A stretch of DNA of 64,000 nucleotides, from assembly GCF_009914755.1 (NCBI RefSeq), contig NC_060938.1; one strand, written 5' to 3'. The stretch is from the human T2T-CHM13v2.0 reference genome, Homo sapiens. Of the stretch, positions 28,653 to 43,570 are shown piece after piece. A model generated the notes under the pieces. It did no database searches, was not told the origin of the DNA, and worked only from the letters and a program-made list of their open reading frames with translations. The stretch's first letter is position 1. The number at the start of each line of letters is the position of its first letter. A program made the position numbers and the translations under genes.

Positions 28653-29775
28653 TACTAATAAACTTTAATGCTGTTTTTAAGAACTGATTATGAAGCACAG
28701 AGTTAGAAAAAGTTTAAAAATGTAACAATTATGTCTGAGGATCTAGAGAAGTTTCTCAGCTAATTTAAGGATTTATTTGGACATGAAATGTTTTTAAGTG
28801 TGATGAGATCAATTTTATTAAAATCAGACCAACTCCATTGTCTATATTTTTAACCACTATAAACCAGTTTTTCCATACCATGTGAAAACAGCATGCTCAC
28901 ATAAAAATTGTTCAGTAAATATTACCTAAAATTATTCTCTTTACTGATGGATTAAAATATGTTTTCTATTTGGCACCATTGCATGTTTTTGAATGTTGGA
29001 TGACTAGCATTTTGTTAATGCAGTGATTAAGTACAGCCATACTGCGTGGGTGAAAATGAGCTTTGCAGAGAACTGCAAAATTGTTTGACTTCTTGTACTT
29101 TGAAGAGTGTCAAGAGAAATCGAGCTGATTACAAATTGACTAGGATTGAAAAAATTTTATGCTAAAAATGATTTTTTTCAGAGAAATCTGATGAATCATT
29201 CCTTAGTGGTTTTTTAGGACATTCTGCTGTTTTAGCAATCACATTTATTCTCAGGAATCTCCTCTGCTCTTGTGAACTTTCATTATATGACACTAATTAC
29301 ATCAGTTAAGAAGAGATGCAGGCAAAAAATTGGGATGTCATTTGGGAGAATATACGTGTCTTGTGTTTTGATGGTACCTATGGTCTTTACAAGCATCTAT
29401 GCAGAAAGAAAAAGAAACAGCTTATTAGTTATGATGAAAAAAGTTATAATCTTGCTATTCATCCTGACTCTGCCCCAACTACCCCTGACAAATTAGACAA
29501 ATCTGACCTTTTAACAACATTCAAGAAAAAATGACCTCTAAACCCCATTATATACTAATGTCTAGGTAGTACTGTGTGCTGTGTATTTAAGATAGTTTTT
29601 AAAATTTAATTAAATATATGGACTGTATGAATGTTAAACCTTTTGTTTTAAATTTTCTTGTTGATTTTTAGTTACACCGGATTTTTATCTTCTTTTTAGA
29701 TGCAGAAATGTGATAACGTTATGTTTCTATTCTTTAATTTGGTGAGCTTTGAGTAAAAGAACTATATTTTTCACC

Positions 29776-29784
29776 ATACACACA

Positions 29785-29830
<46 letters not shown>

Positions 29831-29832
29831 AT
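29776..29832. repeat. (CA)n(TA)n microsatellite
   Basis: Direct reading. Confidence 0.95.
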
Positions 29833-30677
29833 AACTGAAGTCATGGCATAGGGTTAGAGAAAAATGGAAGTTCATCCAATTTAATTTTTTATCAGTAAAT
29901 TTTTACCTCATTAATCCATTTATATATTCATTAATAGACTTATTGAAGGGAAAGCCAGGTAGCTCAGATTGAGGATAGAATAAATAGGGTATCCTACACT
30001 TATAAGCAGTATCTAGTTTTTGGATGCAATAAATCCTTGGCTTTTAATTAAATTATGGGATCCAATTAAAATTATCATATGTATAGATATCAGCTATTCA
30101 TAAATTCATAATCCTTTTTGGATTCTACAACTAGAATTTATAATTTTATCTTTTATGTTTAGTTTTATTCTTGTTTTAAACTACAATGATTATATAATTC
30201 CAAACTGAAAAAAAAAGTTGGTTTGCATATTTACTTCCAGGACTTTCAATAGTAAAAATGTCTCTTGTATTACTTCTCTCATGGTTGCGAAAGAACAACT
30301 TTTCTTATTATCAATGGTATTTTATTTAGAAATATGGTATTTAGAATAAATGTAATTTGTGATTTGTATTTTCTCTTTTTATTATTTTGAATTTGGAACA
30401 ATTGAGATGCAAGTGGGGATTATGGAGATAGGAATATTTTTAAGCTTTACAAATTAAAACTTACAAAGTTGCTGTCTTTGACTTCCCAGTAGTATACTTC
30501 CTTTTTCAGTTATGATTTCTTCTGACATCTTAATGTTCTTTGCCAAACCCTTTAGAAACCCATGGTGATATTTATCAGGTGACTTGGGTTAGAAATCTTT
30601 TATTATATTCCAGCTTCAGCCTCTAACTCCTTGAATGACCTTGAGAAATTAATATTCCTCCTACTATCTGTAACGGT

Positions 30678-30701
30678 AAAAAAAAAAAAAAAAAAAAAAA
30701 A
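30678..30701. repeat. Poly-A tract (~24 nt)
   Basis: Direct reading. It follows a MIR-like stretch (~30575-30675). Confidence 0.9.
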
Positions 30702-31204
30702 GTAACTCAGAGGGAGGTTCTGCAGCTTCATTATAATTATGATTCATAATAAAGTCCACTGAGATATCTCAAGAAAAGGCATTGTACTAAGACAAAATAA
30801 TATTATAAAACTCTCCGGAGTCTTCATTTGTATGTTATTATTTACAAACTTCAACAGAATTATACTTCAGTGTGCCTATAGGGTCTCTGATGTTTTCCTT
30901 TCAACCAAAACTTTTTCTCTTCATAATAAATGTTTGCTAAGCCGTGGATTCCTTGAGGAGGAAATGGAATGACTCAAAATTGTTAATTAATGCTCATGAA
31001 TTTTAAACTACCTTCCCTTTATGATCAAATTGGGAAGAGTTTAAGTTTAAAGTATTAAGATATCTAGTACATACTTACAGTAAGTTTGCATAAATTATCT
31101 CATTCAAATCACCATACTTTTAAATTTTGATGAGGCATTAAAGAGACTTGTCCAGGGTCACTCAGCTATGCTTTTGCATATTTCTACATACGCAGTTTTG
31201 TTTA

Positions 31205-31440
31205 AAGGGTATAGTCTAATGTCTAGCATCTGAGTACTAGTTATTATAGATCATCTCTGTCAAAATACTTGCTCTGCCACCTATACTTTGTGACTTTGGG
31301 AAACATAAAATAGTCTATACCTTAATGTCCTCATTTATAAAATGGAGAAAATAGAATGTATTATTAAATCAGTTAAATGAGATAATACATATAAAGCTCT
31401 TAGTGTTTGGTGCATAATAAGTACTGAATAAACGTTAGCC
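31205..31440 (+). mobile_element. MIR
   Basis: gctctgccac...tgtgactttggg...tcctcatttataaaatggag...ttaaatgagataat...taagtactgaataaa. Confidence 0.75.
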
Positions 31441-31721
31441 ATTCCTACAGGGCTGGTCATGGCTCTATTCTCATATGCAAGTAGTCTTTGTTGATTAAAA
31501 TTAGAGTTAGCATCAATTGGGTGAGGGTATTTTCATTTCTAATTTTATTTATGTTTATAAAGTGGGTTTTTTCCTGTTATAAAATTAGTCTATTCTGGGT
31601 TTAAACTTCTTCCTTAGGGTCTTTAGTATTATATAATCTCCACTCTCATATTTATGGATATGAGTTACATTATTCAAAGTGAAACTTTCATCTAGACACT
31701 TATTAATAACAAGTATAATAA

Positions 31722-31945
31722 TTAATATTTATTGAGCACGTGTTATATGCAAGGGATATTTCCAAGTACTTTTGGTTAACCATTTATTTCATTTAATTAT
31801 CAGGACAACAATAATGTTGGGTATTACTATCATTATCTCTATTTAGAAATTTAAGAAAAAAAAACAACTAAGAATATCAGAGATTGGCTGAGGCCACTTA
31901 GGTCTTATGGGACAGAGTTAGAGTTTGATCTCACATTATCTGACA
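31722..31945 (-). mobile_element. MIR
   Basis: tatttattgagcac...tcatttaat...agagttagagtttga...tctgac. Confidence 0.6.
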
Positions 31946-32014
31946 AACCCATAGATATATTTTACTCTCTATATCTATATTGTACTCTCTTATATCTCAG
32001 CTGAATGCCCAAGC

Positions 32015-33160
32015 AGAGGAGAAAAACATAATTTAATAAGAGTAAAGAAGGCCTATGATAATTATGGGACACTATAAAACAAACTGACCACGGCATAATA
32101 GAAATTCCCAAAGGAGGTTAAAGAGAAAAGGGTCTAGAAAGCAAATTTAAGAAAATAATGGGTTAAAAATTTTCCAATTCTGGGAAAAGATGACATCATC
32201 CAGGTACAGGAAGCTTAGAGGATACCAGTCAACAAATTCAACTCAAAGAGAAAATACCCAAAGCACGTAATAATGAAATTAACAAAATTTATAGACAAAT
32301 GACGAATACTCAAAGCAGCAAGAGAAAAGAAACAACACATGTAACAGAGCCCCAGTATGGCTTTCAGTGAATTCATCAGCAGAAACCCGGCAGGCCAGGA
32401 GAGTACACTTTAAGTTACTGGAAAGAATGTAAGTTAGTACAACTAATATGAAAACTGGCATGGAGTTTCCTCAAAAAACTGAAAATAGATCTGAAATATA
32501 CTTCAGCTATCCCCTGGCTGGGTATGTATCCAAAAGAAAGAATTTCAGTATTTTGAAGAGATATCTGCACTCCTATGTTTATTGCAGCACTATTCACAAT
32601 AGTTAAGCTACAGAATGAAAAAAAGTGTCCATTAATACATGACTGAATAAATAAAATAGATTGTATGTTCACATCGAAGTATTAGTTTGCCATAGAAAAG
32701 AATGAGATCTTGTCATTTGCAGCAACATAGATGAAACTGGAGGATATTATGTTAAGTAAAATACGCCAGGCACAGAAAGACAAATATCGCATGTTCTCAC
32801 TTACAGGTGGAAGCTAAAAATAAAAAGAGTTGATCTCATACAGGAAGAGAGTAGAATGATGAATTATCATAGGCTTGGAAGTTTAGGAGCAAGAGGGATG
32901 AAGAGAAGTTGGTTAATAGGTACTGAAATGAATTTCAATAGAAAAAATAATTTATATTGAACAATAGGGTGACTGCAGTTAACAATAATTTATTGTATAT
33001 TTAAATAACTAGAGGAGAATATTTGAAATATTCCTCATAGAAATAAGTGATGGATATTCTAATTACCCTGTTTTGATCATTACACACAATATGCATGTAT
33101 CAAAATATCACATGTACCCCATAAATATGTACAATTATTATGCATCAATAAAAGTCTCAA
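32015..33160 (+). mobile_element. L1MA-type element: ORF1 fragment fused directly to the ORF2 end and 3'UTR
   Basis: ORF1-like sequence to gcagaaacccggcaggccaggagag (~32403), then gaatgtaagttagtacaac...gtatcaaaatatcacatgtaccccataaatatgtacaattatta. Confidence 0.8.
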
Positions 33161-33331
33161 AACTGGAGGAAATAGAAAAATACATGAAGATAGATACTTT
33201 ACTCGGGAGATTGGGCAGGATTCGAAGGAAACATGGGGAAGAAGAGGATTAAAAGGAAAGAAATTGCTGTGGTTGAAGTCCCTAGTCTCAGATCCTATCC
33301 ACAATTGCACACTTCACTTAAGACAAAGAAA

Positions 33332-33535
33332 AATAACCATTATTTGAGTACTTATTACATGTCACACATTGTGTTAAGTGTTTCCTATTCTTTATCTCAT
33401 TTAGTTCTCATTTACATAAGACAATATTGAAAACAATTCTATGTAATATGTATGTCATTTGTATTATATTTATTAGGAAACAGAAGATATGAGAGGTTAA
33501 GTAATTTGACTAATCACACAACTTGTATAGGGCCT
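33332..33535 (-). mobile_element. MIR
   Basis: ttgagtacttattacatgtcacacattgtgttaagtg...tctcatttag...ggaaacaga...gagaggttaagtaatttg. Confidence 0.65.
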
Positions 33536-35391
33536 TAAATACACATAAATCTTCTTATGCTAAACATTGTTGATTAACTAGTAAGCAATAATAAGAGGGA
33601 AAATAGAATAGTTCTGTTCTAGACAGTGCCAGGTAATTCATCTACCTGATTGAGCTGGATATTGTCCATAGAGTAAGAATAAAGCTAAGGAGTTGAAAAA
33701 AGAATATCTGGAAGGTATTCCATTAGAAGAGTGATAAAAGCAATGTAAACTAGTTAGTTGTATGTACTCTTTGGTTTAAAAATCCTTATAAACGTATTTT
33801 CCCATATTTTTATAGTAGGTATAAGGCACCTATAAAGGTGTCTAATGACTGTTAATTTCTTCACTTGTGAACAATCTGACTCCCATTCAAAACAACCATG
33901 TATGGTCACAGCAACAACAAAACACTAAATATTGATGCTTATTTAATACCTTGTTTACATATAAATATATATGATTTATAAGTGTTAAACTATGCAGTAC
34001 TGTGGACAGTGAATTAAAATAAAAATAGTTATAATTGCCACAAGAAAAACAATAGTAAAACTCAGAAATATTTTTATTATTTATGAAACTTTGTATGTGT
34101 TCAATTATTGCTGATATTAAAGCCAAAGAAAACTAAATATTATCATCTTTCAGCTGGCATTTGGAAGAAGAAATTAAGTCCATTCCTCAGAAAGGAGAAC
34201 CATCATTCTCTATATAGTCTACATGAGTATTAAGCTTCTGAGGGCAAAATTATACTTCTTTCCTTAAGATATCTACAGTAACTCTTACACTACTTGAAAA
34301 AATGTATTTGTGGGCATATTATTTCATAACATCACCAATGTTATATATTTTTTAAGTGAGGAAACATAACTTAGGGAAAAAAGGTAAATGTTCAGCACCA
34401 TAAAATAAATATTTCTCTGATGTGTAATTAGTACTATGCCCTTCATTGTTATCTGAGACTAAGAAATACAGCTATGGAAAGTACATCTATTTTATATAGA
34501 TACAAGGGCTTAATGAACATTTAAAAAATGGAGGTTTTCCCTATTAAAATGCTTATAAAATGGATATTATTTGTAGAACATTTCAATATTAAGCTAGAAA
34601 ATATAAAAATAGGAAATAAAATTTTAAATATTTTGGCTGAGAATATTATTTACAATGCAAAATATTTCCATTAATTTGAATATAAAGGTAATATCACAAA
34701 TCTTTTTCAAACATTATGCAATAGTCAGCAATGAACACAGCCTTTTTAAATGCTAAAACAAAATGTGTAGTGTAATGCAAGCTCTATTGGTCTAAATACG
34801 TATGAATAAATAAACTTAATCAAGGAGGTGAAAAACTTGTACATGGAAAACTATGAAATATTCATGAAAGAGACAAGGAGACACAAATAAAATATCCATT
34901 GTTATGAATTGGAATATTTATTGTTAACATATTTATACAACCCCAAATGATCTACAGATTAAATTGTATCCACATCAAAATCCCAGTAGCTTTTTTACAG
35001 AAATAGAAAAAAAATCCTGAAATTCATATGTAACCACAAAAGACCCAGAATAGCCAAAGTATATTGAGAAAGAAAAACAAAGCTGGAGATATTACACTTG
35101 CTGATCTCAAAATACATTACAAAACTGCAGTAATTAAAACATTATAGTATTGGCATAAATACAGGCATACAGACCAATAGAAGAGAATAGAGAACCCAGA
35201 AATAAAGTTGCACATGTGCGGTCAACTTATTTTCAAGAAAAGTGCCAAGAATACTCATCGAGGAAAGTAGTTTCTTTAAAAATGGTGTTGGGAAAACTTG
35301 ATATCCACATGCAGAAGAATGAAATTGAAACCTCTTACACTACCCACAATTATCAGCTCAAAGTTGCATGAAAGTCTTAACTAAGACTTGA

Positions 35392-35734
<343 letters not shown>

Positions 35735-36608
35735 AAGAATTTCTTCTTGACATTGGTTTTGGCAATGATTACTTGGGTATGACCCTACAAGGACGGGCAA
35801 AACAGCAAATTAGGCAAATATGATTATATCAAACTGAAAAGCTTCTGCACAGCAAAGGAAACAATCAACAGAATGAAAAGACAACTTGCAGAATGTGAGG
35901 AAATATTTGCAAGCTATATACCTGATAAGGGGTATATTTCCAAATTATATGAGTAATTCCTACAACACAATAGCATAAAAACAACCTGATTAAAAAAGGA
36001 GCAAAGGATTGGAATAGACATTTCCCCAAAGAAGACATAAAAGTGGCTAACTGGTATTAAAAAGATACTCAGCATCATTATTTATCAGGAAAATGCAAAT
36101 CAAAAATCAAACCTACAATGTGATATCACCTTACACCCGTTAGGATAGCTATTAACAAAAAATACAGGTGTTGCCAAGGATGTGGAGAAATTTGAACCCT
36201 TGTACACTGTTGGTGGGGATGCAAAATGGTGCAGGCACTATAGAAAACAGTGTGGAGGTTTTTCAAAAAAATTAATAAGTAGAACTACCTTATGATCCAG
36301 CAATCTGGATCCAGCAATTGAAATCAGACTCTTAAAGAGACACCTGCACCCCCATTTCCATTGCAGCATTAGTCACAATAGCCAAGACATTGAATAGCAT
36401 GCATCAATGGATAAAGAAAATATGTTGTATACATAAAATAGAATATTATTCAACCTTGAAACAGAAATCTTGCCATTTGCAACAACATTGCTGAACCTGG
36501 AGGACATTATACTGAGTAAAATAATTCAGTCATAGAAGGACAAATACTGCATGATTCCACATATATGAGGAATCTATGCTAGTAAAACTCATAAAAACAA
36601 CAAATATA

Positions 36609-38177
<1,569 letters not shown>

Positions 38178-38337
38178 TATAGTAGTGGTTGCCAGAGGCT
38201 GGCATGGGGGAACTAGGGAGTTGTTCAATGGGTATAAAGTTTGAGTAATGCTAGATGAATGAGTTCTAGAGATCTGTTATAGAACATAGTGCCTATAGTT
38301 GAGACAGTGTTGTGCACGTCAAAATTTGTAAAGAGGA

Positions 38338-38487
38338 GGCACGGGCGCAGTGGCTGAGGCAGGAGGATCCTTTTAACCCAGGAGGCGGAGGTTGCAGTGA
38401 GCCGAGGTGGCGCCAGTGCACTCCAACCTGGGTGACAGAGCGAGACTGCATCTCAAAATAAATAAAATAAATAAATAAATAAATAAT
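38338..38487 (+). mobile_element. Internally deleted Alu (18 nt of left-arm 5' end joined to the right arm)
   Basis: ggcacgggcgcagtggct|gaggcaggaggatcc...gagactgcatctc plus (AAAT)n tail. 17-bp TSD aaaatttgtaaagagga at 38321-38337 and 38488-38504. Confidence 0.92.
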
Positions 38488-40925
38488 AAAATTTGTAAAG
38501 AGGAAAAATGTCATTTTAAGTGTTCTTAACAAAAAATAAAAACAAAAAATGAAAGCAAAAGAGCACAAGGAAACTTTTGGAGGTTTTAGATACATCTATT
38601 ACCCTGATTGTAGTGACGGTATCAGGGGTGTTTGCATATGTCCAAATTCATCAAATTGTATATATTAAATATGTACAGCTCTTTGTATGTCAATTATACC
38701 TCAATAAAGCTGTATAAAAAAGAAATAGAAGGCAACATTTTCCAGTGGTATCTTTCACTATTTTTGAAAGATTTTGGAGTTTTAATTTTGAAAGAATTTA
38801 AAATTTACAGATTTGCTGAAATAATACAAATAATTTCTATATGCTTTTCAGAAAAATGCATTAATTTACCAGTTGTTAATATTTTGAAAGTGAATACACA
38901 CACTTATATATTATTATGTTTTTCTGAACAACATGCATGTAGGTTGCAGGCATCCAGCCTCCTTACATGTAAGTAGTTTTGAATGCCTTTTCCAAGAATA
39001 AAGATGTTTTCTTCTAAACCACAGTAGAAACTTAAGAAAAAAATATGACATATAAAGTTAACTTTTGCCAATCATCCTAATACATGTATTTTATAGAAAT
39101 TTTATTTCTCTGATCTCTGATGCAATGTAGGATAATGCATTGCATTTAATTGTCATCTACTGCCTAGCTAGACGTGGCACAGGGAGACATTACTTAAATT
39201 CTTGAATTTTAACTTGCAGTTATATACTGCTAGGGATGTTTTCTAAATTCTCTGCACTTAAACTTGCAAAGGTATTTCAGAATTAAATGAGAAACTATAT
39301 GAAAAATACATTTCACAGTGCCAAGCACATAGTTGTTGCTCAAAAAATTGTAGCTTAAGAAAAAGCGATAAATAGTATATGTTTAAAAACTAGATACAAA
39401 ACACAGTCTTTAGCCTAAATTTAGTGAAAGGCAAATCATTTGCTTTTATTCTTTCCAGAATCCATCTCAATTGACCAAGTGTAAAAAGGTCAAAGTCACT
39501 TTGGAAATAAAACACCTTCTATAAAGACACTCTATTTTATTGAATGGTATAGTGCTTTACAGCACGATTTAATTATGTGCTCATAATGGAAAACAATAAA
39601 GCTGTACAGCCAGCAAGAAAAGAGTCAAGGTTTCAAGACAGATATTTAGACTATGAGAGAGCATTCAGTATTGAAATACAGAAAAAGGATTAGTCTTGGA
39701 TAAGAAGAAATTGCTTGAGAATGTTCTTGTGGGCGAAACATTACCTCATGTTTATGTTTAACTCAACAGTTGCCTCAGAAAAGTGAGTTTTAAAATAGCA
39801 CTTTTATTGATGAGGAGCAGATCCCAAGAGAATACTTTGCCCTAAAGTCTTTCTCCTTTTGCCTTCCTTCCTCCCATCCAAAGTCAGGCCAACCACAGGC
39901 ATACCAATCACCTGTCTTTCCAAAAGCTTATGATAGCTTGCCCAAGTCAGCCAGTAATTCCCTTCTTTGGAAACAGTTATTGTACTTGAATGTGGTTTTG
40001 CCCCTTAACTGTAGCTGGTCTCACATTACTGTTTTATTATTTCATATATTAGGTCTTTTCTCTGTAATTAAATTGTTAGTTTTTGTATAAATTTTTTAGC
40101 TCTTATATTTCTTTTGTGTAAGCCCACGATGCTTAGTACAGTGATGAATACTTAAAGGTGCTAAAAGAATACACATGGAATTGGTATTTTTAATCTGTAT
40201 CTGAGTTTTAACTTTTATCACCCATGTTTCATTGGAGTGTAAAGCCACCTCTTTTGGTCTCTACTTGCATGACACTACTGAATTAAACTGCAAATATATC
40301 TGACTGCTTTAGACTTTTAATGACTTGCTACTTCCAATTATTTTGAGATAGAACTTCATCCATTCCTTTTAGTACAGGCAGTAGAAAATGAAGCAGGGAG
40401 CTAGAGAGAGTTATCTTTGCTGGCCTTAAGGTTCTCACTTTCCATCTGGAGAAAATTCTTCACCAGGTGTTTTCCCTCTATTCTTCTTATTGCACAGTAA
40501 AATTTTCCTCACTTACAGGATTATCTTCTGGCTATCTTGTGTCTGCTCCAAATATTACCATCCCCTCCTCACATTGAAACTCAAGTTGTGGTACCTCTCA
40601 TTTGTGGTCTTCCTTTCTTACATCCACCTGCATTTCATTCTCAAATACTTTAAATACTTTCTTCCAAAGCTGCCCCTCATTCTTTCATTTTCAGACTACC
40701 ATAACTAAGCTATTTTTTTTCACTTCATTGGGTTTTGAATGTGCAGACGTATTCATGCTTTTAACATTCCCTATTTCTAAATTTATCATAAGGATATCCT
40801 ATGGCCTAACACTTCAGCAAAATATGTAATTAATAAAATCAATAAATAAATCACAGAAAGGGTGGAAATATTTGTAAACATATCTAACAGGAGGCTTACA
40901 TCCAGAATATTAAAAAAAACTCTAT

Positions 40926-41280
40926 GTCTTAGTCTGTTTGGGCTGCTATAATACAAATACCATGAACTAGGAAACTTATAAAAACACATTTGTTTCCCAC
41001 AGGTCTTGACGTTGGGAAGTAAAAGATCAGAGTGCTGGCAGATTTTGGTGTCTAGTAAAGGACGGCTTTCTAGTGTATAGATAACACCTTCTATCCATGT
41101 CCTCACATGGTGAAAAAGGTAAGAGGTCTTCCTTGGGCCTGTTTTATAAGGGTACTAATTTCATTCTTGAGGGTTCTGCCCTCATGACCTAAAAAAACCC
41201 CACTACCTAATACTATCACCATGGCAGATAAGATTTAAACATATAAATTTGGGAGAGATACAAACATTCAGAAAATGGTA
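40926..41280 (-). mobile_element. MaLR LTR (MLT1A0-like)
   Basis: tgtcttagtctgtttgggctgctataa...gtcctcacatggtg...ttttataagggtactaat...caaacattcaga. TSD-like ctcta/cccta. Confidence 0.88.
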
Positions 41281-41687
41281 CCCTACAATTCAATAAAAAT
41301 ATTATAAACAATCCTTTAAAAAGATACAATATATGAACAGACCCTGCTAAAAGAAAATTTTTCTTGTTTCACTTATTTATTTTTAATTATCAAACAAAGA
41401 AAGTATATATTTATCATGTACAACGTGTTTTTAAATATGCATATATTGTGGAATGGCTAAGTTGGGCTAATTAACATATGCAGGCTTATTTTTTTCTGAT
41501 GAGAACACTTAAAACTACTTTCTTAGCAATTTTTAAGAATAAAATACATTGCTGTTAACTGTAAGTCACCATGTTTTATAATAGGTCTGTTGAACTTATT
41601 CCTCCTATCTAATGGAAATTTTGTATCCATTGATCAAAATCTTTCCAACACCTTCACCACCACACACCCAGTATATAGTAGCCACTT

Positions 41688-42060
41688 AATATGGTTTGGT
41701 TCTGTGTCCCCACCCAAATCTCACGTCAAATTGTAATTCCTGTGTTGAAGGAGGGGCCTGGTGGGAGGTGATTAAATCATGGGGGTGGACTTCCCCCTTG
41801 CTGTTCTTATAAGAGAGTTCTTATGAGATCTAGTTGTTTGAAAGTATGTAGCACCTCCGCCTTCTCTCTCTCTCTGTCCTGCCAGCCATGTTAAGATGTG
41901 CTTGCTTCCCCTTTGTCTTCTGCAGTGACTGTAAGTTTCCTGAGGCCTCCCCAGAAGCAGAAGCCTGTATACTCGGCAGAAGTGTGAGTTGATTAAACCT
42001 CTTTTTTTTTAATAAATTACTCAGTATGTCTTTATAGCAGTGTGAGAAGGGACTAATACA
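41688..42060 (+). mobile_element. MaLR LTR (MSTA-like)
   Basis: atatggtttggttctgtgtccccacccaaatctca...taagtttcctgaggcctcccca...tctttatagcagtgtgagaagggactaataca. Confidence 0.9.
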
Positions 42061-43169
42061 CAATTAATTGACTATAAATGCATAAATTTATTTCTGAGCT
42101 CTCTATTGTTTCACTGGTTTATGTGTCTATTTCCTTTTTTTTCTTATGCGAGTACCATGCTGTTTTGATTGCTATGGTTTTGTGGTATATATTGAAGTCT
42201 TGGAATGTGACGCCTCTAGTTTTCTTCTTTTTGCTTAAGACTGCTTTGCTTACCCTAGGTTTTTTATGATTCCATATTAATTTTAAGATTTTTAAAAATA
42301 TTTTTGTGAAAGATGTTAGTATAATTTTGATAAAGATTGTGTTGGATCTGTAGATTGCTTTGAGTGGTATGAACATTTTAACAATATGAATTCTAATCCA
42401 TGAACATAGAATATCTTTTCATTTATTTGTGTCTTCAATTTATTTCATCAGTGTTTTTTAGTTTTAGTATAGGTATTTGTCCTTTGTTAAATTTATTCTG
42501 AAGTATTTTATTTTTTGTAGCTATTGTGAATGTTTTTCTTTGAACAACTTGTTGTTATAGTAACACTATTGATTTTGTATGTTGATTTTATATCTTGCAA
42601 GATAACTGAATTTGTTTATTACTTCTAACAGTTTTTAAGTGGGGTGTTTAGAGTTTTCTATATAAAAAACAGAGACAGTTTAACTTCTTTTTTTCAAGCT
42701 TGAATGACTTTTATTTCTTTGTTTTGCCTAATTGCTCTGGCTAAGACTTTTAGTACTATGTTGAATAGAAGGGATCTTAGAGAAAAAGATTTTAACTTTT
42801 CTTCATTGAGTATGATGTTAGTTGTGGACCTGTCATATATGGCCTTTACTGTGTTGCAATTCATTACTTTTATACATAATTTGTTGAGATTTTTTATCAT
42901 AACAGAATGCTGAGTTTTACCAGATGCATTTTCTGCATCAATTTAGTTGATCATATGATTTTTGTCCTTATTCTATTTATGTGAAGTATCTAATGTATAG
43001 ATTTTTAAATGTTGAGCCATCGTGTGTCCAAAGAATAAATCCACTTGATTATGGTGAATGATCCTTTATGATCCTTTTAACATATTATTGAATTCAGTTT
43101 GCTGGTATTTTATTAAGACATTTTGCATCTATATTCACTATATTCATCAGGAATATAGGTCTACAATTT

Positions 43170-43570
43170 TCCTTCCTTTCCTTCCCTCCTTCCTTCCTTC
43201 CTTTCCTTCCTTCCTTCCTTTCCTTCCTTCCCTTCCTTCCTTCCTTCCTGCTTTCCTTCTTTCCTTCTTTCTTTCTTCCTTCTTTCCTTCTTTCTTTTGA
43301 CATGGTCTCACTCTGTTGCCCAGGCTGGAGTTCAGTGGAGTGATCATGGCTCACTGCAACCTTGAACTCCTGGGCTCAAGCGATCTCTCCACCTCAACCT
43401 CCCAAGTAACAGGGACTACAGGCATGCGCCACTATGTCTGGCTAATGTTTTTAAATTTTTTATAGAGCTAGGGTATTTCTATGTTGCCTAGGCTGGTCTC
43501 AAACTTCAATTCTCCTGCCTTGGCCTCCCAAAGTGCTAAGATTACAGGCATGAGCCTCTATGCCTAGCCC
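43170..43570 (-). mobile_element. AluJ-type with its tail converted to a (TTCC)n/(TTTC)n microsatellite (43170-43297)
   Basis: tcctgggctcaagcgatc and tatgttgcctaggctgg are AluJ-like. A long pyrimidine repeat sits at the tail position. Confidence 0.92.

Noticed and set aside
43058-43354. Low-complexity K/E/G/R-rich and F/L/P/S-rich ORFs
   Set aside because: These are translations of the (TTCC)n Alu tail.
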